Shown here: positions 39,101-52,999 of the stretch, piece by piece
Position numbering within the stretch: position 1 is the stretch's first letter
Layout: every line of letters begins with the position of its first letter
NCBI RefSeq assembly: GCF_964355755.1
Contig: NW_027306095.1
Coordinates: forward strand, 434,001 to 498,000
Source: Antedon mediterranea
Lineage: Eukaryota; Animalia; Echinodermata
Direction of reading: 5' to 3'
DNA: 64,000 nt
Notes under the pieces: generated by a model
Databases searched by the model: none
What the model was told of the DNA's origin: nothing
The model's input: the letters and a program-made list of their open reading frames with translations, nothing else
Position numbers and translations under genes: made by a program

Positions 39101-42100
39101 GTGAAAAGTTTCATCGAAATGCACAAAATGGTCTAAAACGGTTTCAAATGTGATTTTAAGCACTTTGATGTTTTTGTGTAATCAAGTTTCATCGAAATGC
39201 ACAAAATGGTCTAAAACGTCTGCAAATGCGATTTAAAGCTATTTTGTGCACTTTAATGTTTTGTGTGAAAAGTTTTATCAAAATTCTCAAAATGGTCTAA
39301 AACGGTTTCAAATGTGATTTTAAGCACTTTGATGTTTTTGTGTAATCAAGTTTCATCGAAATGCACTAAATGGTTTAAAACGTCTGCAAATGCGATTTGA
39401 AGCTATTTTGTGCACTTTGATGTTTTTGTGTGAAAAGTTTCATCGAAATGCACAAAATTGTCTAAAACGTCTCCAAATACGATATTAAGCTATTGTATGC
39501 ACTTTGATGTTTTTGAGTGAAAAGTTTTTTCGAAATGCACAAAAGGGTCTAAAACGTCTCCAAATGCAATTTGAAGCAATTTTGTGCACTTTGATGTTTT
39601 GTGTAATCCAGTTTCATCGAAATGTACAAAATTGTCTAAATCGTCTCTAAATGCGATTTGAAGCTATTTTGTGCACTTTGTCGTTTTTGTGTGAAAAGTT
39701 TTATCGAAATGCTCAAAATGGTCTAAAACGGTTTCAAATGTGATTTTAAGCACTTTGATATTTTTGTGTAATCAAGTTTCATCGAAATGCACAAAATGGT
39801 CTAAAACGTCTCCAAATGCGATTTGAAGCTATTTTGTGCACTTTGATGTTTTTGTGTGAAAAGTTTCATCGAAATGCTCAAAATGGTCTAAAACGTCTCC
39901 AAATGCGATTTGAAGCAATTTTGTGCACTTTGATGTTTTTGTGTGAAAAGTTTCATCGAAATGCACAAAATGGTCTAAAACGTCTGCAAATGCGATTTGA
40001 AGCTATTTTGTGCACTTTGATGTTTTTTTGTGAAAAGTTTCATCGAAAGGCACAAAATTGTCTAAAACGTCTCTAAATGCGATTTGAAGCTATTTTGTGC
40101 ACTTTGTCGTTTTTGTGTGAAAAGTTTCATCGAAATTCCCAAAATGGTCTAAAACATCTCCAAATGCGATTTGAAGCAATTTTGTGCACTTTGATGTTTT
40201 TGTGTGAAAAGTTTCATCGAAATGCACAAAATGGTCTAAAACGTCTGCAAATGCGATTTGAAGCTATTTTGTGCACTTTGTCGTTTTTGTGTGAAAAGTT
40301 TTTTCGAAATGCACAAAATGGTCTAAAACGTCTCCAAATGCGATTTGAAGCAATTTTGTGCACTTTGATGTTTTGTGTAATCCAGTTTCATCGAAATGTA
40401 CAAAATTGTCTAAAACGTCTCTAAATGCGATTTGAAGCTTTTTTGTGCACTTTGTCGTTTTTGTGTGAAAAGTTTTTTCGAAATGCACAAAATGGTCTAA
40501 AACGTCTCCAAATGCGATTTGAAGCAATTTTGTGCACTTTGATGTTTTGTGTAATCCAGTTTCATCGAATTGTACAAAATTGTCTAAAACGTCTCTAAAT
40601 GCGATTTGAAGCTATTTTGTGCACTTTGTCGTTTTTGTGTGAAAAGTTTTATCGAAATGCTCAAAATGGTCTAAAACGGTTTCAAATGTGATTTTAAGCA
40701 CTTTGATATTTTTGTGTAATCAAGTTTCATCGAAATGCACAAAATGGTCTAAAACGTCTGCAAATGCGATTTAAAGCTATTTTGTGCACTTTAATGTTTT
40801 GTTTGAAAAGTTTTATCGAAATTCTCAAAATGGTCTAAAACGGTTTCAAATGTGATTTTAAGCAGTTTGATGTTTTTGTGTAATCAAGTTTCATCGAAAT
40901 GCACAAAATGGTTTAAAACGTCTGCAAATGCGATTTGAAGCTATTTTGTGCACTTTGATGTTTTTGTGTGAAAAGTTTCATCGAAATGCACAAAATTGTC
41001 TAAAACGTCTCCAAATACGATATTAAGCTATTTTGTGCACTTTGATGTTTTTGTGTGAAAAGTTTCATCGAAATGCACAAAATGGTCTAAAACGTCTGAA
41101 AATGCGATTTGAAGCAATTTTGTGCACTTTGATGTTTTTGTGTGAAAAGTTTCATCGAAATGCACAAAATGGTCTCTAAAACGTCTGCAAATGCGATTTG
41201 AAGCTATTTTGTGCACTTTGTCGTTTTTGTGTGAAAAGTTTTTTCGAAATGCACAAAATGGTCTAAAACGTCTCCAAATGCGATTTGAAGCAATTTTGTG
41301 CACTTTGATGTTTTGTGTAATCCAGTTTCATCGAAATGTACAAAATTGTCTAAAACGTCTCTAAATGCGATTTGAAGCTATTTTGTGCACTTTGTCGTTT
41401 TTGTGTGAAAAGTTTTTTCGAAATGCACAAAATGGTCTAAAACGTCTCCAATTGCGATTTGAAGTTATTTTGTGCACTTTGATGTTTTGTGTGAAAAGTT
41501 TTATCGAAATGCTCAAAATGGTCTAAAACGGTTTCAAATGTGATTTTAAGCACTTTGATATTTTTGTATAATCAAGTTAAATCGAAATGCACAAAATGGT
41601 CTAAAACGTCTGCAAATGCGATTTAAAGCTATTTTGTGTACTTTAATGTTTTGTGTGAAAAGTTTTATCGAAATTCTCAAAATGGTCTAAAACGGTTTCA
41701 AATGTGATTTTAAGCACTTTGATGTTTTTGTGTAATAGAGTTTCATCGAAATGCACTAAATGGTTTAAAACGTCTGCAAATGCGATTTGAAGCTATTTTG
41801 TGCACTTTGATGTTTTTGTGTGAAAAGTTTCATCGAAATGCACAAAATTGTCTAAAACGTCTCCAAATACGATATTAAGCTATTGTATGCACTTTGATGT
41901 TTTTGAGTGAAAAGTTTTTTCGAAATGCACAAAATGGTCTAAAACGTCTCCAAATGCGATTTGGAGCTCTTTTGTGCACTTTGATGTTTTGTGTAAAAAG
42001 TTTGCTATTTTGTGCACTTTAATGTTTTGTGTGAAAAGTTTTATCGAAATGCTCAAAATTGTCTAAAACGGTTTCAAATGTGATTTTAAGCACTTTGATA

Positions 42101-45100
42101 TTTTTGTGTAATCAAGTTTTTTCGAAATGCACAACATGGTCTAAAACGTCTCCAAATGCGATTTGAAGCTATTTTGTGCACTTTGATGTTTTTGTGTGAA
42201 AAGTTTATTCGAAATGCAAAAATGGTCTAAAACGTCTCCAAATGCGATTTGAAGTTATTTTGTGCACTTTGATGTTTTGTGTGAAAAGTTTTATCGAAAT
42301 GCTCAAAATGGTCTAAAACGGTTTAAAATGTGATTTTAAGCACTTTGATATTTTTGTGTAATCAAGTTTCATCGAAATGCTCAAAATGGTCTAAAACGTC
42401 TCCAAATGCGATTTGAAGCTATTTTGTGCACTTTGATGTTTTTTTGTGAAAAGTTTCATCGAAATGCACAAAATGGTCTAAAACGTCTCTAAATGCGATT
42501 TGAAGCTATTTTGTGCACTTTGATGTTTTTGTGTGAAAAGTTTCATCGAAATGCACAAAATGGTCTAAAACGTCTCTAAATGCGATTTGAAGCTATTTTG
42601 TGCACTTTGATGTTTTTTTGTGAAAAGTTTCATCGAAATGCACAAAATGGTCTAAAACGTCTCTAAATGCGATTTGAAGCTATTTTGTGCACTTTGATGT
42701 TTTTTTGTGAAAAGTTTCATCGAAATGCACAAAATTGTCTAAAACGTCTCTAAATGCGATTTGAAGCTATTTTGTGCACTTTGTCGTTTTTGTGTGAAAA
42801 GTTTCATCGAAATGCACAATATGGTCTAAAACGTCTGCAAATGCGATTTGAAGCTATTTTGTGCACTTTGTCGTTTTTGTGTGAAAAGTTTTTTCGAAAT
42901 GCACAAAATGGTCTAAAACGTCTCCAATTGCGATTTGAAGTTATTTTGTGCACTTTGATGTTTTGTGTGAAAAGTTTTATCGAAATGCTCAAAATGGTCT
43001 AAAACGGTTTCAAATGTGATTTTAAGCACTTTGATATTTTTGTGTAATCAAGTTTCATCGAAATGCACAAAATGGTCTAAAACGTCTGCAAATGCGATTT
43101 AAAGCTATTTTGTGCACTTTAATGTTTTGTGTGAAAAGTTTTATCGAAATTCTCAAAATGGTCTAAAACGGTTTCAAATGTGATTTTAAGCACTTTGATG
43201 TTTTTGTGTAATCAAGTTTCATCGAAATGCACAAAATGGTTTAAAACGTCTGCAAATGCGATTTGAAGCTATTTTGTGCACTTTGATGTTTTTGTGTGAA
43301 AAGTTTCATCGAAATGCACAAAATTGTCTAAAACGTTTCCAAATACGATATTAAGCTATTGTATGCACTTTGATGTTTTTGAGTGAAAAGTTTTTTCGAA
43401 ATGCACAAAATGGTCTAAAACGTCTCCAAATGCGATTTGGAGCTCTTTTGTGCACTTTGATGTTTTGTGTAAAAAGTTTGCTATTTTGTGCACTTTAATG
43501 TTTTGTGTGAAAAGTTTTATCGAAATGCTCAAAATTGTCTAAAACGGTTTCAAATGTGATTTTAAGCACTTTGATATTTTTGTGTAATCAAGTTTTTTCG
43601 AAATGCACAACATGGTCTAAAACGTCTCCAAATGCGATTTGAAGCTATTTTGTGCACTTTGATGTTTTTGTGTGAAAAGTTTCATCGAAATGCACAAAAT
43701 GGTCTAAAACGTCTCTAAATGCGATTTAAAGCTATTTTGTGCACTTTGTCGTTTTTGTGTGAAAAGTTTCATCGAAATGCTCAAAATGGTCTAAAACGTC
43801 TCCAAATGCGATTTGAAGCAATTTTGTGCACTTTGATGTTTTTGTGTGAAAAGTTTCATCGAAATGCACAAAATGGTCTAAAACGTCTGCAAATGCGATT
43901 TGAAGCTATTTTGTGCACTTTGATGTTTTTTTGTGAAAAGTTTCATCGAAAGGCACAAAATTGTCTAAAACGTCTCTAAATGCGATTTGAAGCTATTTTG
44001 TGCACTTTGTCGTTTTTGTGTGAAAAGTTTCATCGAAATTCCCAAAATGGTCTAAAACATCTCCAAATGCGATTTGAAGCAATTTTGTGCACTTTGATGT
44101 TTTTGTGTGAAAAGTTTCATCGAAATGCACAAAATGGTCTAAAACGTCTGCAAATGCGATTTGAAGCTATTTTGTGCACTTTGTCGTTTTTGTGTGAAAA
44201 GTTTTTTCGAAATGCACAAAATGGTCTAAAACGTCTCCAAATGCGATTTGAAGCAATTTTGTGCACTTTGATGTTTTGTGTAATCCAGTTTCATCGAAAT
44301 GTACAAAATTGTCTAAAACGTCTCTAAATGCGATTTGAAGCTATTTTGTGCACTTTGTCGTTTTTGTGTGAAAAGTTTCATCGAAATGCTCAAAATGGTC
44401 TAAAACGTCTCCAAATGCGATTTGAAGCAATTTTGTGCACTTTGATGTTTTTGTGTGAAAAGTTTCATCGAAATGCACAAAATGGTCTAAAACGTCTGCA
44501 AATGCGATTTGAAGCTATTTTGTGCACTTTGTCGTTTTTGTGTGAAAAGTTATTTCGAAATGCACAAAATGGTCTAAAACGTCTCCAATTGCGATTTGAA
44601 GTTATTTTGTGCACTTTGATGTTTTGTGTGAAAAGTTTTATCGAAATGCTCAAAATGGTCTAAAACGGTTTCAAATGTGATTTTAAGCACTTTGATATTT
44701 TTGTGTAATCAAGTTTCATCGAAATGCACAAAATGGTCTAAAACGTCTGCAAATGCGATTTAAAGCTATTTTGTGCACTTTAATATTTTGTGTGAAAAGT
44801 TTTATCGAAATTCTCAAAATGGTCTAAAACGGTTTCAAATGTGATTTTAAGCACTTTGATGTTTTTGTGTAATCAAGTTTCATCGAAATGCACAAAATGG
44901 TTTAAAACGTCTGCAAATGCGATTTGAAGCTATTTTGTGCACTTTGATGTTTTTGTGTGAAAAGTTTCCTCGAAATGCACAAAATTGTCTAAAACGTCTC
45001 CAAATACGATATTAAGCTATTTTGTGCACTTTGATGTTTTTGTGTGAAAAGTTTCATCGAAATGCACAAAATGGTCTAAAACGTCTGCAAATGCGATTTG

Positions 45101-47982
45101 AAGCTATTTTGTGCACTTTGTCGTTTTTGTGTGAAAAGTTTCATCGAAATGCTCAAAATGGTCTAAAACGTCTCCAAATGCGATTTGAAGCAATTTTGTG
45201 CACTTTGATGTTTTTGTGTGAAAAGTTTCATCGAAATGCACAAAATGGTCTCTAAAACGTCTGCAAATGCGATTTGAAGCTATTTTGTGCACTTTGTCGT
45301 TTTTGTGTGAAAAGTTTTTTCGAAATGCACAAAATGGTCTAAAACGTCTCCAAATGCGATTTGGAGCTCTTTTGTGCACTTTGATGTTTTGTGTAAAAAG
45401 TTTGCTATTTTGTGCACTTTAATGTTTTGTGTGAAAAGTTTTATCGAAATGCTCAAAATTGTCTCAAACGGTTTCAAATGTGATTTTAAGCACTTTGATA
45501 TTTTTGTGTAATCAAGTTTTTTCGAAATGCACAACATGGTCTAAAACGTCTCCAAATGCGATTTAAAGCTATTTTGTGCACTTTGATGTTTTTGTGTGAA
45601 AAGTTTATTCGAAATGCACAAAATGGTCTAAAACGTCTCTAAATGCGATTTGAAGTTATTTTGTGCACTTTGATGTTTTGTGTGAAAAGTTTTATCGAAA
45701 TGCTCAAAATGGTCTAAAACGGTTTCAAATGTGATTTTAAGCACTTTGATATTTTTGTGTAATCAAGTTTCATCGAAATGCTCAAAATGGTCTAAAACGT
45801 CTCCAAATGCGATTTGAAGCTATTTTGTGCACTTTGATGTTTTTTTGTGAAAAGTTTCATCGAAATGCACAAAATGGTCTAAAACGTCTCTAAATGCGAT
45901 TTGAAGCTATTTTGTGCACTTTGATGTTTTTGTGTGAAAAGTTTCATCGAAATGCACAAAATGGTCTAAAACGTCTCTAAATGCGATTTGAAGCTATTTT
46001 GTGCACTTTGATGTTTTTTTGTGAAAAGTTTCATCGAAATGCACAAAATGGTCTAAAACGTCTCTAAATGCGATTTGAAGCTATTTTGTGCACTTTGATG
46101 TTTTTTTGTGAAAAGTTTCATCGAAATGCACAAAATTGTCTAAAACGTCTCTAAATGCGATTTGAAGCTATTTTGTGCACTTTGTCGTTTTTGTGTGAAA
46201 AGTTTTTTCGAAATGCACAAAATGGTCTAAAACGTCTCCAAATGCGATTTGAAGCAATTTTGTGCACTTTGATGTTTTGTGTAATCCAGTTTCATCGAAA
46301 TGTACAAAATTGTCTAAAACGTCTCTAAATGCGATTTGAAGCTATTTTGTGCACTTTGTCGTTTTTGTGTGAAAAGTTTTTTCGAAATGCACAAAATGGT
46401 CTAAAACGTCTCCAATTGCGATTTGAAGTTATTTTGTGCACTTTGATGTTTTGTGTGAAAAGTTTTATCGAAATGCTCAAAATGGTCTAAAACGGTTTCA
46501 AATGTGATTTTAAGCACTTTGATATTTTTGTATAATCAAGTTAAATCGAAATGCACAAAATGGTCTAAAACGTCTGCAAATGCGATTTAAAGCTATTTTG
46601 TGCACTTTAATGTTTTGTGTGAAAAGTTTTATCGAAATTCTCAAAATGGTCTAAAACGGTTTCAAATGTGATTTTAAGCACTTTGATGTTTTTGTGTAAT
46701 CAAGTTTCATCGAAAAGCACAAAATGGTTTAAAACATCTGCAAATGCGATTTGAAGCTATTTTGTGCACTTTGATGTTTTTGTGTGAAAAGTTTCATCGA
46801 AATGCACAAAATTGTCTAAAACTTTTCCAAATACGATATTAAGCTATTGTATGCACTTTGATATTTTTGAGTGAAAAGTTTCATCGAAATGCACAAAATG
46901 GTCTAAAACGTCTCTAAATGCGATTTGAAGCTATTTTGTGCACTTTGATGTTTTTGTGTGAAAAGTTTCATCGAAATGCACAAAATGGTCTAAAACGTCT
47001 CTAAATGCGATTTGAAGCTATTTTGTGCACTTTGATGTTTTTTTGTGAAAAGTTTCATCGAAATGCACAAAATGGTCTAAAACGTCTCTAAATGCGATTT
47101 GAAGCTATTTTGTGCACTTTGTCGTTTTTGTGTGAAAAGTTTCATCGAAATGCTCAAAATGGTCTAAAACGTCTCCAAATGCGATTTGAAGCAATTTTGT
47201 GCACTTTGATGTTTTTGTGTGAAAAGTTTCATCGAAATGCACAAAATGGTCTAAAACGTCTGCAAATGCGATTTGAAGCTATTTTGTGAACTTTGATGTT
47301 TTTTTGTGAAAAGTTTCATCGAAATGCACAAAATTATCTAAAACGTCTCTAAATGCGATTTGAAGCTATTTTGTGCACTTTGATGTTTTTTTGTGAAAAG
47401 TTTCATCGAAATGTACAAAATTGTCTAAAACGTCTCTAAATGCGATTTGAAGCTATTTTGTGCACTTTGTCGTTTTTGTGTGAAAAGTTTCATCGAAATG
47501 CTCAAAATGGTCTAAAACGTTTCCAAATGCGATTTGAAGCAATTTTGTGCACTTTGATGTTTTTGTGTGAAAAGTTTCATCGAAATGCACAAAATGGTCT
47601 AAAACGTCTGCAAATGCGATTTGAAGCTATTTTGTGCACTTTGTCGTTTTTGTGTGAAAAGTTTTTTCGAAATGCACAAAATGGTCTAAAACGTCTCCAA
47701 ATGCGATTTGAAGCAATTTTGTGCACTTTGATTTTTTGTGTAATCCAGTTTCATCGAAATGTACAAAATTGTCAAAAACGTCTCTAAATGCGATTTGAAG
47801 CTATTTTGTGCACTTTGTCGTTTTTGTGTGAAAAGTTTTTTCGAATTGCACAAAATGGTCTAAAACGTCTCCAATTGCGATTTGAAGTTATTTTGTGCAC
47901 TTTGATGTTTTGTGTGAAAAGTTTTATCGAAATGCTCAAAATGGTCTAAAACGGTTTCAAATGTGATTTTAAGCACTTTGAT
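36099..47982 (+). repeat. 11.9-kb segmental duplication, copy 2
   Basis: Matches 2634-14517 at constant offset 33,465. The match breaks at 47983 (ATATTTTTGTATAATC vs ATGTTTTTGTGTAATC). Confidence 0.95.
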
Positions 47983-50900
47983 ATTTTTGTATAATCAAGT
48001 TAAATCGAAATAGACAATATGGTCTAAAACGTCTGCAAATGCGATTTAAAGCTATTTTGTGCACTTTAATGTTTTGTGTGAAAAGTTTTATCGAAATTCT
48101 CAAAATGGTCTAAAACGGTTTCAAATGTGATTTTAAGCACTTTGATGTTTTTGTGTAATCAAGTTTAATCGAAAAGCACAAAATGGTTTAAAACGTCTGC
48201 AAACGCGATTTGAAGCTATTTTGTGCACTTTGATGTTTTTGTGTGAAAAGTTTCATCGAAATGCACAAAATTGTCTAAAACGTTTCCAAATACGATATAT
48301 TGTATGCACTTTGATGTTTTTGAGTGAAAAGTTTTTTCGAAATGCACAAAATGGTCTAAAACGTCTCCAAATGCGATTTGAAGCTATTTTGTGCACTTTG
48401 ATGTTTTTTTGTGAAAAGTTTCATCGAAATGCACAAAATGGTCTAAAACGTCTCTAAATGCGATTTGAAGCTATTTTGTGCACTTTGATGTTTTTGTGTG
48501 AAAAGTTTCATCGAAATGCACAAAATGGTCTAAAACGTCTCTAAATGCGATTTGAAGCTATTTTGTGCACTTCGATGTTTTTTTGTGAAAAGTTTCATCG
48601 AAATGCACAAAATTGTCTAAAACGTCTCTAAATGCGATTTGAAGCTATTTTGTGCACTTTGTCGTTTTTGTGTGAAAAGTTTCATCGAAATGCACAAAAT
48701 GGTCTAAAACGTCTGCAAATGCGATTTGAAGCTATTTTGTGCACTTTGTCGTTTTTGTGTGAAAAGTTTTTTCGAAATGCACAAAATGGTCTAAAACGTC
48801 TCCAATTGCGATTTGAAGTTATTTTGTGCACTTTGATGTTTTGTGTGAAAAGTTTTATCGAAATGCTCAAAATGGTCTAAAACGGTTTCAAATGTGATTT
48901 TAAGCACTTTGATATTTTTGTGTAATCAAGTTTCATCGAAATGCACAAAATGGTCTAAAACGTCTGCAAATGCGATTTAAAGCTATTTTGTGCACTTTAA
49001 TGTTTTGTGTGAAAAGTTTTATCGAAATTCTCAAAATGGTCTAAAACGGTTTCAAATGTGATTTTAAGCACTTTGATGTTTTTGTGTAATCAAGTTTCAT
49101 CGAAAATCACTAAAAGGTCTAGAACCTCTGCAAATGCAATTTAAAGCTATTTTGTGCACTTTAATGTTTTCTGTGAAAAGTTTTATCGAAATTCTCAAAA
49201 TGGTCTAAAACGGTTTCAAATGTGATTTTAAGCACTTTGATGTTTTTGTGTAATCAAGTTTTTTCGAAATGCACAACATGGTCTAAAACGTCTCCAAATG
49301 CGATTTGAAGCTATTTTGTGCACTTTGATGTTTTTGTGTGAAAAGTTTCAATGAAATGCACAAAATGGTCTAAAACGTCTCTAAATGCGATTTGAAGCTA
49401 TTTTGTGCACTTTGTCGTTTTTGTGTGAAAAGTTTCATCGAAATGCTCAAAATGGTCTAAAACGTCTCCAAATGCGATTTGAAGCTATTTTGTGCACTTT
49501 GATGTTTTTTTCTGAAAAGTTTCATCGAAATGCACAAAATGGTCTAAAACGTCTCTAAATGCGATTTGAAGCTATTTTGTGCACTTTGATGTTTTTGTGT
49601 GAAAAGTTTCATCGAAATGCACAAAATGGTCTAAAACGTCTCTAAATGCGATTTGAAGCTATTTTGTGCACTTTGATGTTTTTTTGTGAAAAGTTTCATC
49701 GAAATGCACAAAATGGTCTAAAACGTCTCTAAATGCGATTTGAAGCTATTTTGTGCACTTTGTCGTTTTTGTGTGAAAAGTTTCATCGAAATGCTCAAAA
49801 TGGTCTAAAACGTCTCCAAATGCGATTTGAAGCAATTTTGTGCACTTTGATGTTTTTGTGTGAAAAGTTTCATTGAAATGCACAAAATGGTCTAAAACGT
49901 CTGCAAATGCGATTTGAAGCTATTTTGTGCACTTTGATGTTTTTTTGTGAAAAGTTTCATCGAAAGGCACAAAATTGTCTAAAACGTCTCTAAATGCGAT
50001 TTGAAGCTATTTTGTGCACTTTGTCGTTTTTGTGTGAAAAGTTTCATCGAAATTCCCAAAATGGTCTAAAACATCTCCAAATGCGATTTGAAGCAATTTT
50101 GTGCACTTTGATGTTTTTGTGTGAAAAGTTTCATCGAAATGCACAAAATGGTCTAAAACGTCTGCAAATGCGATTTGAAGCTATTTTGTGCACTTTGTCG
50201 TTTTTGTACGAAAAGTTTTTTCGAAATGCACAAAATGGTCTAAAACGTCTCCAAATGCGATTTGAAGCAATTTTGTGCACTTTGATGTTTTGTGTAATCC
50301 AGTTTCATCGAAATGTACAAAATTGTCTAAAACGTCTCTAAATGCGATTTGAAGCTATTTTGTGCACTTTGTCGTTTTTGTGTGAAAAGTTTTTTCGAAA
50401 TGCACAAAATGGTCTAAAACGTCTCCAAATGCGATTTGAAGCAATTTTGTGCACTTTGATGTTTTGTGTAATCCAGTTTCATCGAAATGTACAAAATTGT
50501 CTAAAACGTCTCTAAATGCGATTTGAAGCTATTTTGTGCACTTTGTCGTTTTTGTGTGAAAAGTTTTTTCGAAATGCACAAAATGGTCTAAAACGTCTCC
50601 AATTGCGATTTGAAGTTATTTTGTGCACTTTGATGTTTTGTGTGAAAAGTTTTATCGAAATGCTCAAAATGGTCTAAAACGGTTTCAAATGTGATTTTAA
50701 GCACTTTGATATTTTTGTGTAATCAAGTTTCATCGAAATGCACAAAATGGTCTAAAACGTCTGCAAATGCGATTTAAAGCTATTTTGTGCACTTTAATGT
50801 TTTGTGTGAAAAGTTTTATCGAAATTCTCAAAATGGTCTAAAACGGTTTCAAATGTGATTTTAAGCACTTTGATGTTTTTGTGTAATCAAGTTTCATCGA

Positions 50901-52999
50901 AATGCACAAAATGGTTTAAAACGTCTGCAAATGCGATTTGAAGCTATTTTGTGCACTTTGATGTTTTTGTGTGAAAAGTTTCATCGAAATGCACAAAATT
51001 GTCTAAAACGTCTCCAAATACGATATTAAGCTATTTTGTGCACTTTGATGTTTTTGTGTGAAAAGTTTCATCGAAATGCACAAAATGGTCTAAAACGTCT
51101 GCAAATGCGATTTGAAGCTATTTTGTGCACTTTGTCGTTTTTGTGTGAAAAGTTTCATCGAAATGCTCAAAATGGTCTAAAACGTCTCCAAATGCGATTT
51201 GAAGCAATTTTGTGCACTTTGATGTTTTTGTGTGAAAAGTTTCATCGAAATGCACAAAATGGTCTCTAAAACGTCTGCAAATGCGATTTGAAGCTATTTT
51301 GTGCACTTTGTCGTTTTTGTGTGAAAAGTTTTTTCGAAATGCACAAAATGGTCTAAAACGTCTCCAAATGCGATTTGAAGCAATTTTGTGCACTTTGATG
51401 TTTTGTGTAATCCAGTTTCATCGAAATGTACAAAATTGTCTAAAACGTCTCTAAATGCGATTTGAAGCTATTTTGTGCACTTTGTCGTTTTTGTGTGAAA
51501 AGTTTTTTCGAAATGCACAAAATGGTTTAAAACGTCTGCAAATGCGATTTGAAGCTATTTTGTGCACTTTGATGTTTTTGTGTGAAAAGTTTCATCGAAA
51601 TGCTCAAAATGGTCTAAAACGGTTTCAAATGTGATTTTAAGCACTTTGATATTTTTGTATAATCAAGTTAAATCGAAATGCACAAAATGGTCTAAAACGT
51701 CTGCAAATGCGATTTAAAGCTATTTTGTGCACTTTAATGTTTTGTGTGAAAAGTTTTATCGAAATTCTCAAAATGGTCTAAAACGGTTTCAAATGTGATT
51801 TTAAGCACTTTGATGTTTTTGTGTAATCAAGTTTCATCGAAATGCACTAAATGGTTTAAAACGTCTGCAAATGCGATTTGAAGCTATTTTGTGCACTTTG
51901 ATGTTTTTGTGTGAAAAGTTTCATCGAAATGCACAAAATTGTCTAAAACGTCTCCAAATACGATATTAAGCTATTGTATGCACTTTGATGTTTTTGAGTG
52001 AAAAGTTTTTTCGAAATGCACAAAATGGTCTAAAACGTCTCCCAATGCGATTTGGAGCTCTTTTGTGCACTTTGATGTTTTGTGTAAAAAGTTTGCTATT
52101 TTGTGCACTTTAATGTTTTGTGTGAAAAGTTTTATCGAAATGCTCAAAATTGTCTAAAACGGTTTCAAATGTGATTTAAAGCACTTTGATATTTTTGTGT
52201 AATCAAGTTTTTTCGAAATGCACAACATGGTCTAAAACGTCTCCAAATGCGATTTGAAGCTATTTTGTGCACTTTGATGTTTTTGTGTGAAAAGTTTATT
52301 CGAAATGCACAAAATGGTCTAAAACGTCTCCAAATGCGATTTGAAGTTATTTGGTGCACTTTGATGTTTTGTGTGAAAAGTTTTATCGAAATGCTCAAAA
52401 TGGTCTAAAACGGTTTCAAATGTGATTTTAAGCACTTTGATATTTTTGTGTATTCAAGTTTCATCGAAATGCTCAAAATGGTCTAAAACGTCTCTAAATG
52501 CGATTTGAAGCTATTTTGTGCACTTTGATGTTTTTGTGTGAAAAGTTTCATCGAAATGCACAAAATGGTCTAAAACGTCTCTAAATGCGATTTGAAGCTA
52601 TTTTGTGCACTTTGATGTTTTTTTGTGAAAAGTTTCATCGAAATGCACAAAATGGTCTAAAACGTCTCTAAATGCGATTTGAAGCTATTTTGTGCACTTT
52701 GTCGTTTTTGTGTGAAAAGTTTCATCGAAATGCTCAAAATGGTCTAAAACGTCTCCAAATGCGATTTGAAGCAATTTTGTGCACTTTGATGTTTTTGTGT
52801 GAAAAGTTTCATCGAAATGCACAAAATGGTCTAAAACGTCTGCAAATGCGATTTGAAGCTATTTTGTGCACTTTGATGTTTTTTTGTGAAAAGTTTCATC
52901 GAAATGCACAAAATTGTCTAAAACGTCTCTAAATGCGATTTGAAGCTATTTTGTGCACTTTGATGTTTTTTTGTGAAAAGTTTCATCGAAATGTACAAA

